A DNA stretch of 26,253 nucleotides from positions 1-26,253 of IMG/VR virus record IMGVR_UViG_3300043174_000016; one strand, given 5' to 3'. This document shows positions 17,665 to 25,902 of the stretch, one piece after another (positions within the stretch are counted from its first letter, which is position 1; the number at the start of each line of letters is the position of its first letter). Source of the stretch: a virus. Taxonomy: Duplodnaviria > Caudoviricetes. The notes beneath the pieces are model-generated. The model saw only the letters and a program-made list of their open reading frames with translations. It did not search any database and had not been told where the DNA came from. A program made the translations under genes and the position numbers.

Positions 17665-18687
17665 TCAGTCGAGCGCGTCGATCAGCGCCTGTGCGGACGC
17701 ATACTTCTGCGCCAGCGTCAGCGTTGCCCAATCGAGTGGCTCACCGACACCGACACCGAGCGCGAACTCGTCGAGCCATGCGTCGGCCTGTGCGTGCGTC
17801 GTGAACGATGTGGGTAGAGCAGGGATCACCGGAGCAGGTGCCGATCCGCTGGTCGGCGTCGCAATGATGCCCGTCAGGTTGACGAGGATCGACGTGCCGT
17901 TCTCGGTGCCACCGCGCACGAGCGTATCGACGTTCGTAATCGTGCGCGCATACTTCGACATCCACAGCTTCGAGAGGGTCGCATTGACCGTGCCCGCAGC
18001 GTTGGGCGTGGTGATCTGCTGTCCATCCGGCAGCGTGTAGAACTGATTGCGCGAGCCGTCCGCAATCAGCGTCTTGGTGATCGCGATGACACCTGACACA
18101 TTGATCGTGCCAGCCATCGTCACGGGTGCGACACGTGTCCCCGACTTGAAGCGGTCAGCGTAGGGCGCACCGAACAACGCGGTCAGGTCCGCGACATACG
18201 GCACGGACACGTGCGCGCCCTTGCTGATGTCAGCCGTGGTCACGAACGTGCCGCGCGCGTCGCCGTCCGCTGCCGACGCAGTGATCGTGTTCGCGGCGTT
18301 CGGCACGGGATGCGCGCCCTTGTATTTGTAGGGCAGGCCGAACTTGTTCGTCCACATCACGTCATCCGGCCCGGTGACGATGCCCGCGAAGGCGATCTTC
18401 GTCGTGCCTGCCGCAGCAACCGTCTCCTTGACGAACTGCCCATACATGTCGTAGCCGATGATCTCGCCACCTGCTGCTGACACCACGCATGCACCCGTCG
18501 AGACAGGGCACACGTTGACATCGCCCATCAGCTTCTGCTGGAACGCAGGCGTGCCGTCGATGTCCACCAGCCACAGCGTCGGCTCACACAGGCCGCTGCC
18601 GCTGTCCACTTCATAGGCATAGCCCATGTCCTTGACGTTCAGAGGCCGCGCAAACGGCGCTCCGATCTGTTGTGTCGCAAGCTGCAT
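17665..18687 (-). CDS. Virion structural protein, probable capsid decoration protein with C-terminal extension (340 aa)
   Basis: Start MQLATQQ at 18687 after an AGGAGG RBS. GYDMYGQFVKET..KIAF..FGLPY..GDARGT resembles proteins encoded after podovirus capsid genes (from recall, not searched). Confidence 0.65.
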   Translation of the reverse strand: MQLATQQIGAPFARPLNVKDMGYAYEVDSGSGLCEPTLWLVDIDGTPAFQQKLMGDVNVCPVSTGACVVSAAGGEIIGYDMYGQFVKETVAAAGTTKIAFAGIVTGPDDVMWTNKFGLPYKYKGAHPVPNAANTITASAADGDARGTFVTTADISKGAHVSVPYVADLTALFGAPYADRFKSGTRVAPVTMAGTINVSGVIAITKTLIADGSRNQFYTLPDGQQITTPNAAGTVNATLSKLWMSKYARTITNVDTLVRGGTENGTSILVNLTGIIATPTSGSAPAPVIPALPTSFTTHAQADAWLDEFALGVGVGEPLDWATLTLAQKYASAQALIDALD

Positions 18688-18688
18688 G

Positions 18689-19030
18689 TCAGCCTCCTTG
18701 ACGAGCGTCCACGCTCCCGGTGTCAGCGCGGCGTGTGGACGCTCCTGCGCGGCGCTGAACATGCTTCTTGAGCGACATCTGCACCTGGCCGACAACCTCG
18801 CCGTCCTCGTCGATGAGTTCGGCAGGCTGATCGAAGCCAAGGCGATGCAACTCTTCTTCATTCCGCACACGGATGCTGTGTCCCGCAGGGAAGAACACGT
18901 CGAAGCCATACGGCACCTCGACCTTCTTCTCGACGTTGCGTCCGTCTTCGCGCATGATGTGCGTCTCGACCGTCGTCTCATGACGACGGTCGTGAACTTC
19001 ATAGCGCGGCTTTACAGCCTGCTGGATCAT
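18689..19030 (-). CDS. Hypothetical protein (113 aa)
   Basis: ATGA-coupled to the upstream acidic ORF; typical codon usage. Confidence 0.75.
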   Translation of the reverse strand: MIQQAVKPRYEVHDRRHETTVETHIMREDGRNVEKKVEVPYGFDVFFPAGHSIRVRNEEELHRLGFDQPAELIDEDGEVVGQVQMSLKKHVQRRAGASTRRADTGSVDARQGG

Positions 19031-19176
19031 GCCGGGGTTCCCTCGACATCATCGGTGTCATCGGCGTCGTCATCGTCATCGTCGTCGCCGTCATCACCAT
19101 CGTCGTCGTCATCGTCGAAGAAGCTGTCGTCTTCGAGTTCGTCGCTGCCACCGTTCAGTTCGTCGTCGTTCAGCAT
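19027..19176 (-). CDS. Extremely acidic 49-aa peptide
   Basis: GAGAGGA RBS; MLNDDELNGGSDELEDDSFFDDDDDDGDDGDDDDDDDADDTDDVEGTPA; stop overlaps the next start. Confidence 0.7.
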   Translation of the reverse strand: MLNDDELNGGSDELEDDSFFDDDDDDGDDGDDDDDDDADDTDDVEGTPA

Positions 19177-19222
19177 GTTGTATCCTCTCATGTTACATGC
19201 GTTGCGGTTGGTAGTCTCAGTG

Positions 19223-19256
19223 CAAGCGGGCCATGACATGTGTCACAGCCCGCTCG
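19223..19256 (-). terminator. Post-capsid hairpin (terminator, pause or stability element)
   Basis: AGCGGGCUGUGACA-CA-UGUCAUGGCCCGCU just after the capsid stop; no U-tract; centred on a TGACA-NN-TGTCA site. Confidence 0.5.
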
Positions 19257-19260
19257 TAGG

Positions 19261-20253
19261 TCAGGCGTTGGAGACGACAGCGTGCGTTCTGAACGCGCGC
19301 CACATGCACCACTGCCCCTGCCACACCACGCGGCGCCCGACAGCGTCGGTGTCCCACGGCGCGACAAGCTGCTTCACCTTCATGTTCACGTGGCGCAGGA
19401 TGTGCAGCCGCAGGAACTTGCTGTTGATGAAGTAGCACTTGTTGACCGGGCAGTCTTCGTCGTAGACCATCGGCACGTTCTGGAACGTGACACCGCCGAA
19501 CCCGAGGTCGGCCATGCGCGTCCCGTTCTTCGTCTCCGACAGTGCGAAGATGACTTTGTCACGCACAGCGGCGCGATACAGACGCATGATGTTGCGCCCG
19601 CACAGGATGATGTCGGGCTTCTCGCCCTTGACCGTCAGGTCCATCATGATGTCGTCGAACGCTTCTTCGATGTTGGTCTGGTTCAGCGCACCCGCGAACA
19701 GGTAGGATGACGTGCGCCACTGCACCTCATTCGCGCGGTCGAGGTCGCCGAGCACGCCGGTCGTCGGGTCGTCAGGGATGAGGTTCGACAGGCCGAGCGG
19801 GTCGGTTCCTGCGCCGGCACCGTAGAGGTAGCCGCTGAACTTCTCCTTGATGCTCTCTTCGAGCACTTCCATCTTCGCGCGCAGCAGCTTGAAGATCTGC
19901 GCACCACCTTGGTTCTCGTCCTGCTCCTGATCGCTGATGACGACAGAGCCTGCGACACGCGACCAGTTGTAGCGCACCGTCTCGAACTCGCTCGTCTGCG
20001 CCATCGGCAGTTGGTCGTAGTATTCGTAGGACGCAACGTTCGGGTTGCGGCCAACGGTCAGCGGGTTGGTGATCTCGTGACCACCGTCCTCATACTCCAC
20101 GCGCCCCGTCGCGAACGCCCACGCTTGCAGCGCGTTCGATTTCACAGAAGCCATGATCAGCTTCTTGCGCGACTTCGTCATCGTGGAGTGCAGCACCGTA
20201 TCAAGCGGTGTGCTACCACCGGGATGATACGGAGGGGTGCCATATCCTGGCAT
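19261..20253 (-). CDS. Major capsid protein
   Basis: 330 aa after portal and scaffold; GGHEITNPL, YNWS..AGSVVIS..E, PDIILCG, GFGGVTFQNVPMVYD..CP...YFINS pattern of HK97-fold capsids; strongly biased codons. Confidence 0.92.
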   Translation of the reverse strand: MPGYGTPPYHPGGSTPLDTVLHSTMTKSRKKLIMASVKSNALQAWAFATGRVEYEDGGHEITNPLTVGRNPNVASYEYYDQLPMAQTSEFETVRYNWSRVAGSVVISDQEQDENQGGAQIFKLLRAKMEVLEESIKEKFSGYLYGAGAGTDPLGLSNLIPDDPTTGVLGDLDRANEVQWRTSSYLFAGALNQTNIEEAFDDIMMDLTVKGEKPDIILCGRNIMRLYRAAVRDKVIFALSETKNGTRMADLGFGGVTFQNVPMVYDEDCPVNKCYFINSKFLRLHILRHVNMKVKQLVAPWDTDAVGRRVVWQGQWCMWRAFRTHAVVSNA

Positions 20254-20265
20254 CGTTCACTCCAT

Positions 20266-21360
20266 CTAGTTGAGCAGTCCTGCCTCACGCATGGACTGCC
20301 GGACAATGTTGTCCCACGCATCGTCAGGGTTCGCCATGTTCGGCCCTTGTTGCATGGCCTGCGTCGGCGCGCTCCCGTTCGGCATGGGCTGTTGCTGCGG
20401 CGCATTGGGGCGTGGTTGCGCGTGACCGTTGGTGCCTGTGCCGCCCTGCTGTCGCACCAGCACCTGTGCGCGTAGGGGTTGAGCGAAGTCCAAGCCGTTC
20501 TTCGCGGCATACTCACGCAGTTGCCAGTAGGCGACTTGCGGGGTCAGCTTCGGATCGCCTTGCAGCATGTTCGCGAGCACATCCTCGTGCACAGTCGCAT
20601 GCTCATGCTTGGCGACGAACTCGTCGTATTCACGCTGCGCGCTCTGCTCGGCTTCACTCTGCCGTTGCTGCGCTTGGCGGTCGCCGACCAACGGTTGCAT
20701 TGCCTCAGCGATCATGCTGCGGACGGCCTGAAGGTCCAAAGACCCACCAATGGCCTGCCCTTTAGCATCTGCACCGACGATCTGTTGCAGATTATAGCCC
20801 TGACGCATGGTCTCTTGCAACATCCATCTTGCGGTCGCGACCGGGTCTTTCTTGAACGACGCGATGGCTTGCAGGCCGATCTCAGCTTCGGACAGCGACA
20901 GGCCAAGCTTCTGCGGCACCTCGTTCAGCGCACGTGCGTAGGTGTCCTGCTTGCGCGCGTCAACCAACTCGCGCTCAAGGCGGTCGATGTATTTCTGCTG
21001 CTGCTGTGCGCGCTCGAAGTGACGACGCTCGGCACCCGCAGCGGCAATGATGTTGCCATCCTTGTCGATCAGGTTGCCTTTGTCGTCCGTGCGAGGCTTG
21101 TCGGCAGCATCAGCTTTCGGCGCTGCTTGGGGCTGCTGCTGTTGTTGTCCGGGTGCAGCTTTGTCTCCTGCACCGCTCGTGACAGTGTCACCGCCTGCGA
21201 GCTGATCGGCCTGCTTGGCAGCGTCATCTTGCGCACCACCATCAGCGGGCGCTGTCGTAGTCGTGCCATCGGGCGCTCCTTCGTTACCGACCTTGCTCTC
21301 GTAGTCAGGATCATTCAGCAGCGGATCGCCGAAGTCGATGTCGTCCTCTTCACCGGGCAT
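20266..21360 (-). CDS. Capsid scaffolding protein
   Basis: Between portal and capsid; acidic disordered N-terminus, Q-rich coiled coils, C-terminal helix DDAWDNIVRQSMREAG. Confidence 0.78.
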   Translation of the reverse strand: MPGEEDDIDFGDPLLNDPDYESKVGNEGAPDGTTTTAPADGGAQDDAAKQADQLAGGDTVTSGAGDKAAPGQQQQQPQAAPKADAADKPRTDDKGNLIDKDGNIIAAAGAERRHFERAQQQQKYIDRLERELVDARKQDTYARALNEVPQKLGLSLSEAEIGLQAIASFKKDPVATARWMLQETMRQGYNLQQIVGADAKGQAIGGSLDLQAVRSMIAEAMQPLVGDRQAQQRQSEAEQSAQREYDEFVAKHEHATVHEDVLANMLQGDPKLTPQVAYWQLREYAAKNGLDFAQPLRAQVLVRQQGGTGTNGHAQPRPNAPQQQPMPNGSAPTQAMQQGPNMANPDDAWDNIVRQSMREAGLLN

Positions 21361-21373
21361 GTTGGTCCTCTCC

Positions 21374-23560
21374 TTATGCCGTCTGTTGTTGCGGTTGTTG
21401 TTGCGCTACCTGCGCGATGCGTGTCAACGCTTCACGCACAGGCACCCCACGCGCCATTGCCATGCCCAACGCCTGCTTGGCTTCGGGCGGTAGTGCATCC
21501 ACGACTGCCTCAATGGCAGCAATGGGATCGCCTTGCGGCTGTGACGGCGCACCACCTTCTGCCGGTGCACCACCTTCTGCGGGCGGCGCAGCACTTTGCG
21601 GTTGCTGTGCCATCTGCGAGATGATCGCCTTCCACTGTTCGTCAGGGATCACGTCATTGAACGCACCGCGCATCGTTTCGAGCAGCACCATGATGACCGG
21701 CTGCGGCGCGGCGTTCACGAACTGCCCGAGCACCTGGCCCATCTGCAACGCCTGCTGCTTCTTGCTCTCGCTGGTCTGCTTCTGCGTGCTGCCACCGACC
21801 ACGGTCATCTGCACCGTCGCTTCGATCTCGTCGGGCGACATCTGCTTCCACGACGATGCGTCGCCTTGACCGATCAGCGTAGCGACTTGCGCGGCTGGCA
21901 TGAACTGCATGCACAACTGCGCAACGCCCCATGCGATCTGGCCGATGTAGTCCTCGACCGCGTCGATCTTCTCGTCCGTGCGCGTCTGCTGGATGCTGTT
22001 GTAGGTGTTGATCGCCTGATTGGTCGTGTTCGTCTTGAACTCGACGCCACGCATGACAGGCTGCACGCTGCTGACGCGGTCGATGGCCTCAAGGATCGGC
22101 TGCTTGTCGAACAACTGCACGAACTGCATGCTCGGCGGCACGATTGCCTGCACGAAGTCCTTGAGGTTCATGCCCTCTGGCACATCAACGCCGACAGCGA
22201 CATCCTCGTCGCCTTTCAGCATGCGTTCGACTTCATCCTTCGACACCTTGTTCTTGTCGAAGAACAGGTTGCGCCGCGCCCACTGACGCGCCTGCTTGAA
22301 CTCGCTGTTGATCTGGTTGACCGCGTCTTGCTGGTCGAGGTAATACGTCACCTCGCCCTTCGACATCGGTTCCTCGGGGTCGGTGTAGAACTGCAACTTG
22401 TAGAGCGGGAAGAAGCCTTGCAGGTGGTAGGGATCATCCCACACCCACACCGGCCAATCCCAATCGTTGTCTGCGTAGAGCATGACACGCCGCGTCGTCT
22501 TGTCCCACACCCACCAGCACATCGTGCGCTGTGCACGTTGATACGACTGCTCGTCGCCGTAGCCGAATGACGCTGCGCCCGCCTTCTCGCTGTCATCGAA
22601 CAGCGAGTAGTTGTTGATCTCATGCTCGGCGCTGTTCTCACCGCTCTCACCGGCCTGCACAACGTGCGTTGGCTTATAGAGCGACATCGTCTGGTCGCCC
22701 TTCTGCTGACGGAAGCGTGCATTGAGATACGAGGTGCTGATGTAGTCGCGGATCATCACCCACCGCGCGTCACTGTGGTCATCTTCGAGACTGTCGGGGT
22801 CGATCAGTATGTCATGCGGACGGCGGAACTTGGCCCACGGTCCCGCTGGACGCAGCAAGTCAACCGTCTGCTCCAACGCCTCGATGCGGCCCTCGATAGC
22901 ACGCACATCCTGCGGCGTCTTGGCCTTGATCAACTCGTCCGACATCTTCGCGAGGTCGGCAAGCGCCTGATCGCTCGACTGCTCACGGAACGTGTAGCCG
23001 ATCTCCATGTAAGCAGCGTTCGTCAGCGTGCACATGACGACCGACTTGCGCACCTTCTGCTTGAGGTTGATGCCGGGTGCAGCCTTCTTCGACATCAGCC
23101 GCGCGATCAGCTTCTCAAGCACCGTCGCCAACTCGTTGTCGTCTTTGTCGTTCGCAGTGAACTCGGCGCGCGGGTTCTTGGCATACAGCATCGGCACAAG
23201 CGCAGACGTGTTCGCGAAGACGATGTTCTCGGTCTCGCTGAACCGCCGCGTCATGCGCCGTGCAGCTTCCTCATTGCCCGCGCTATCGCCGTCCGTCTCG
23301 ACGCGATGCTTGACCTGATCGTTGCGGTAGTAGGACAGCGCCTCGTCCCACGCGCGACCGAGGTCACGCGACGTGCGCTTCGACAGCGCCTGCTTCTTGC
23401 GCGACTGCCACAGCTTGCCGTGCGCCTTCGCGACAGGGATCTTGCTGTCAGTGCTGACGATCTGATAGACCGGCTTCACCTTCTCTTGCTTCTTCTGCGG
23501 CACAACTTCCAAGTCACCGCGCGCGATCTCGTCGTCGATCTGTTCGTCAATGTCGGCCAT
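21374..23560 (-). CDS. Portal protein
   Basis: 728 aa directly after TerL; NIVFANTSALVPMLYAKNP, LDQQDAVNQI, TTNQAI and a Q/P-rich tail resemble P22-like portals. Confidence 0.88.
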   Translation of the reverse strand: MADIDEQIDDEIARGDLEVVPQKKQEKVKPVYQIVSTDSKIPVAKAHGKLWQSRKKQALSKRTSRDLGRAWDEALSYYRNDQVKHRVETDGDSAGNEEAARRMTRRFSETENIVFANTSALVPMLYAKNPRAEFTANDKDDNELATVLEKLIARLMSKKAAPGINLKQKVRKSVVMCTLTNAAYMEIGYTFREQSSDQALADLAKMSDELIKAKTPQDVRAIEGRIEALEQTVDLLRPAGPWAKFRRPHDILIDPDSLEDDHSDARWVMIRDYISTSYLNARFRQQKGDQTMSLYKPTHVVQAGESGENSAEHEINNYSLFDDSEKAGAASFGYGDEQSYQRAQRTMCWWVWDKTTRRVMLYADNDWDWPVWVWDDPYHLQGFFPLYKLQFYTDPEEPMSKGEVTYYLDQQDAVNQINSEFKQARQWARRNLFFDKNKVSKDEVERMLKGDEDVAVGVDVPEGMNLKDFVQAIVPPSMQFVQLFDKQPILEAIDRVSSVQPVMRGVEFKTNTTNQAINTYNSIQQTRTDEKIDAVEDYIGQIAWGVAQLCMQFMPAAQVATLIGQGDASSWKQMSPDEIEATVQMTVVGGSTQKQTSESKKQQALQMGQVLGQFVNAAPQPVIMVLLETMRGAFNDVIPDEQWKAIISQMAQQPQSAAPPAEGGAPAEGGAPSQPQGDPIAAIEAVVDALPPEAKQALGMAMARGVPVREALTRIAQVAQQQPQQQTA

Positions 23561-23571
23561 TGCGGTGCTCC

Positions 23572-25143
23572 TTATCCGTAGCGATGTGCTCGCGGTGATG
23601 CCGTGACAATGTCACGAGTATGCCACTTGAGATAGGCCGGGGGCTTTGGTATAGCATATCGTGGGAGTTTGGCAATCTCTGGACGGCGACTTAGCATGTA
23701 TTTGATCGCGTCCATAGCATGATCATCTCTATCGCGAGGCTTATCCTCCCGTTCACCTCGGGAATTGCTGGCCCAAAGGTAGGTGCCGAACTCGTCGATG
23801 ACATATGTCAGCGTGTCAGCGATGTAGAGATGCGGTGCACCGTGCTCACCTGTCAGCGGATGCTGGTGCATCTTCGACGGGCTGAGATACGTGCTCACCT
23901 TGATGATGCCATTCAGGATGTCGTTGTTGCCGCGCACCATGCGCACGCCCATGCCATTGTCATGGAACACGTCAGCGGTCGATATGCCCACCGTGCGGCG
24001 TGTGGCACTGGTGCGACGGAAGATTGCCGGGTCGGCCATGACAGGCTGATTGCCTCGCACGCCATACACGTCGCGCAGACGCTTGATTTCGTCGCGCTGA
24101 TCCTCGACGGGCATGATCTCGCCCTTCTCATAGAAGCCGTCGATCAGGAACGTGTTGCCCCATGCATCACTGATGCCGATCAAGTAGCATGACGGCACCG
24201 CGATGCCGAAGTCGTAGCCCTCGACATACTGCAACTCGTAGAACTTCTGTTGCAGGTCGCCGAGGTAGTCCATGATCGCGTCATACGGCAGGATGTGCAC
24301 TGTCGGGTCGAACTGCGGATAGATCAGGCCCTCGTAGCTGCCCCACCCGCCCATCAAGAAGCGTTGCTTCATGCTACCGCGATACGTGCTTTCGAGCGTC
24401 TTGATGAAGTCAGGCTCCAGGTTCTCTGCGTTCTCATACGTGCTGCCCTCGACAACGCCAAGCAGCAGATGCGGCTTGCCTGCATCGTCGAGCACCGGAC
24501 GGTCGTTCGCGTCGCGCTCGCACAGCAGTTGCGGGCTGATGACACCTGTCTCACGGTAGATGTGATACGGCTGGATGATCTTCTTGTAGACCCAATTCCG
24601 CGTTGGGTTCGACGTGATGACGAAGTAGCGCGGTCCCGTGCGTGGCATCGTTGGATCGTCACCGATGTATGGCGTCATGCCACGCAGACGACCGAGCAAG
24701 TCGTCGAAGTCCTTCTCGACAATCTCCGGGTCTTCGATCTGATCGACGATGATCCAGTCATATGTCGCAGACAGCAGGTTTGACGTGCCTTGTCCGTCAA
24801 CAGACGTGCTCTGCTGCGCGACGTAGCGGAAGTTGATCGTGCTGCCGTTCGACAGCGTGCACGTGTTGCTCGCATTGGCGCTGAGTGGGAACGACTTGAT
24901 CCAGTGCTTCGGACACCACTTCAAGAACTCCTTGCGGATCGTGTCGTTTAGCTTCGGATACGTGCTGCGTGCAATCAGACCGTTGCTGCCGGGATAATCG
25001 CGCGCCCATTTGAGCGCCTTGAGCACGACAGACGCGGATGTCTTGCCGTTCGCAAAGCCGCCGCCGTAGAACTGCACCTTTGAGCGCAGTGCATCGAACT
25101 GCTCTTGCAGCGATCCCTCGTGTATGCGGTAGACCTTGCTCAC
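23572..25143 (-). CDS. terL: Terminase large subunit
   Basis: Walker A YGGGFANGKT, ARSTYPKL, Walker B WIIVDQIE, motif III TSNP, nuclease GYDFG, ADPA and DDHAMDA. Confidence 0.95.
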   Translation of the reverse strand: MSKVYRIHEGSLQEQFDALRSKVQFYGGGFANGKTSASVVLKALKWARDYPGSNGLIARSTYPKLNDTIRKEFLKWCPKHWIKSFPLSANASNTCTLSNGSTINFRYVAQQSTSVDGQGTSNLLSATYDWIIVDQIEDPEIVEKDFDDLLGRLRGMTPYIGDDPTMPRTGPRYFVITSNPTRNWVYKKIIQPYHIYRETGVISPQLLCERDANDRPVLDDAGKPHLLLGVVEGSTYENAENLEPDFIKTLESTYRGSMKQRFLMGGWGSYEGLIYPQFDPTVHILPYDAIMDYLGDLQQKFYELQYVEGYDFGIAVPSCYLIGISDAWGNTFLIDGFYEKGEIMPVEDQRDEIKRLRDVYGVRGNQPVMADPAIFRRTSATRRTVGISTADVFHDNGMGVRMVRGNNDILNGIIKVSTYLSPSKMHQHPLTGEHGAPHLYIADTLTYVIDEFGTYLWASNSRGEREDKPRDRDDHAMDAIKYMLSRRPEIAKLPRYAIPKPPAYLKWHTRDIVTASPRAHRYG

Positions 25144-25177
25144 TGCGGCCTGCCATGCGCTTCGCTGTCAAATGCCA

Positions 25178-25435
25178 TCACAGCCTTGCAGTCTTGGGCA
25201 CAGAAGGCAGAAAGAAGTCAGCGAACTGCACATACGGATGCGTTGACGCAGGATTGTCTGCCGTATTGTTTACAGGCGCGACAGCAACTGACAGGTTTGG
25301 GATGTGCGTCTCAACACGCGATTGCTTAGCATCAAACCCCTGCGCCATCAAGCGCGGAGTAGGTTGCGTAAACTCGCCCATTGCACACACAATGTATGCA
25401 TCAGCAGGACGAGACTTGTTCAGAGTGATCGGCAT
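25178..25435 (-). CDS. Hypothetical protein (85 aa)
   Basis: AAGGAG RBS; TGATG overlap with the upstream gene. Confidence 0.6.
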   Translation of the reverse strand: MPITLNKSRPADAYIVCAMGEFTQPTPRLMAQGFDAKQSRVETHIPNLSVAVAPVNNTADNPASTHPYVQFADFFLPSVPKTARL

Positions 25436-25902
25436 CAGAAGTCTCCTTTGCGGCTGCTGTTAAAGTTGTCAGGCTGCGACACGACATCCTTCGTCGTCTT
25501 CTTCTGTCGCTGTCCGATGTTGCCACCGCCCACAGATGCACCAACCGCAAACTGCGCTTGCGTGCTCTCGGGTGACACGTAGAACGCCGACTGCGCTGCG
25601 TTGCTGCCAGACAACTCAGGCGTCAGCGACACGCCGGTGATCTGCTTCAACGGCGCTGCGTTGGGTGTGACACTTGGCGGTGTCGGCGCGTTCTGCAACG
25701 CCAGCTTGGCCTGCTCTCCACGCTGCTTCATCTGCTGCATGAGCGTATTGACTGCGGTCTGCCGTGCTGCGTCGTTCTGCGCGCGGATGTCCGTGACACG
25801 TGACGCGAGTGCCTGACGCTGATCAGCGACACCCTGCTTGCCCGCTGCCAGACGCTGTGCGACGGCATCGCGTGCTGCTTGTCTGCGTGCTGCTTCACTC
25901 AT
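25435..25902 (-). CDS. Hypothetical protein (155 aa, Ala/Gln coiled coil)
   Basis: Overlaps the TerS stop; coupled to the next gene. Confidence 0.7.
   Translation of the reverse strand: MSEAARRQAARDAVAQRLAAGKQGVADQRQALASRVTDIRAQNDAARQTAVNTLMQQMKQRGEQAKLALQNAPTPPSVTPNAAPLKQITGVSLTPELSGSNAAQSAFYVSPESTQAQFAVGASVGGGNIGQRQKKTTKDVVSQPDNFNSSRKGDF

Larger units (their letters stand above)
1192..23810. repeat. Dispersed inverted-repeat motif TGACA-N(1-2)-TGTCA, at least 20 perfect copies
   Basis: N1 starts: 1192, 2979, 3311, 4621, 10011, 14177, 21180, 23604. N2 starts: 1528, 2865, 3559, 7483, 7978, 10929, 11689, 15606, 16173, 17574, 19234, 23799. Confidence 0.93.

Noticed and set aside
18688-19002. 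N-terminal extension giving a 445-aa ORF
   Set aside because: It overlaps the 113-aa gene in another frame, reads as shadow sequence, and a strong AGGAGG RBS marks ATG 18687.
19027-19263. Capsid read-through fusion to the in-frame acidic peptide
   Set aside because: It needs suppression of two TGA codons, no slippery site is evident, and the acidic ORF has its own RBS.
21548-21585. 18-bp-period tandem repeat in the portal gene
   Set aside because: Encodes a low-complexity PAEGGA repeat in a disordered tail; ordinary.
5936-23581. Long + strand ORFs (5936-6937, 6855-7862, 8637-9509, 14836-15756, 20479-21624, 21596-22570, 22622-23581)
   Set aside because: Antisense shadows of well-supported - strand genes, expected from GC-rich codon bias; no recognisable motifs.
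21179-23615. Calling the motif bona fide matS
   Set aside because: Only two copies match GTGACRNYGTCAC fully, most have 2-nt spacers, and MatP is known from Gammaproteobacteria whereas the host looks alphaproteobacterial. Kept as an analogy only.
24730-24760. TerL Walker B reads DQIE rather than DE, suggesting inactivity
   Set aside because: All other ATPase and nuclease motifs are intact and a nearby Glu can plausibly substitute; no sign of decay.
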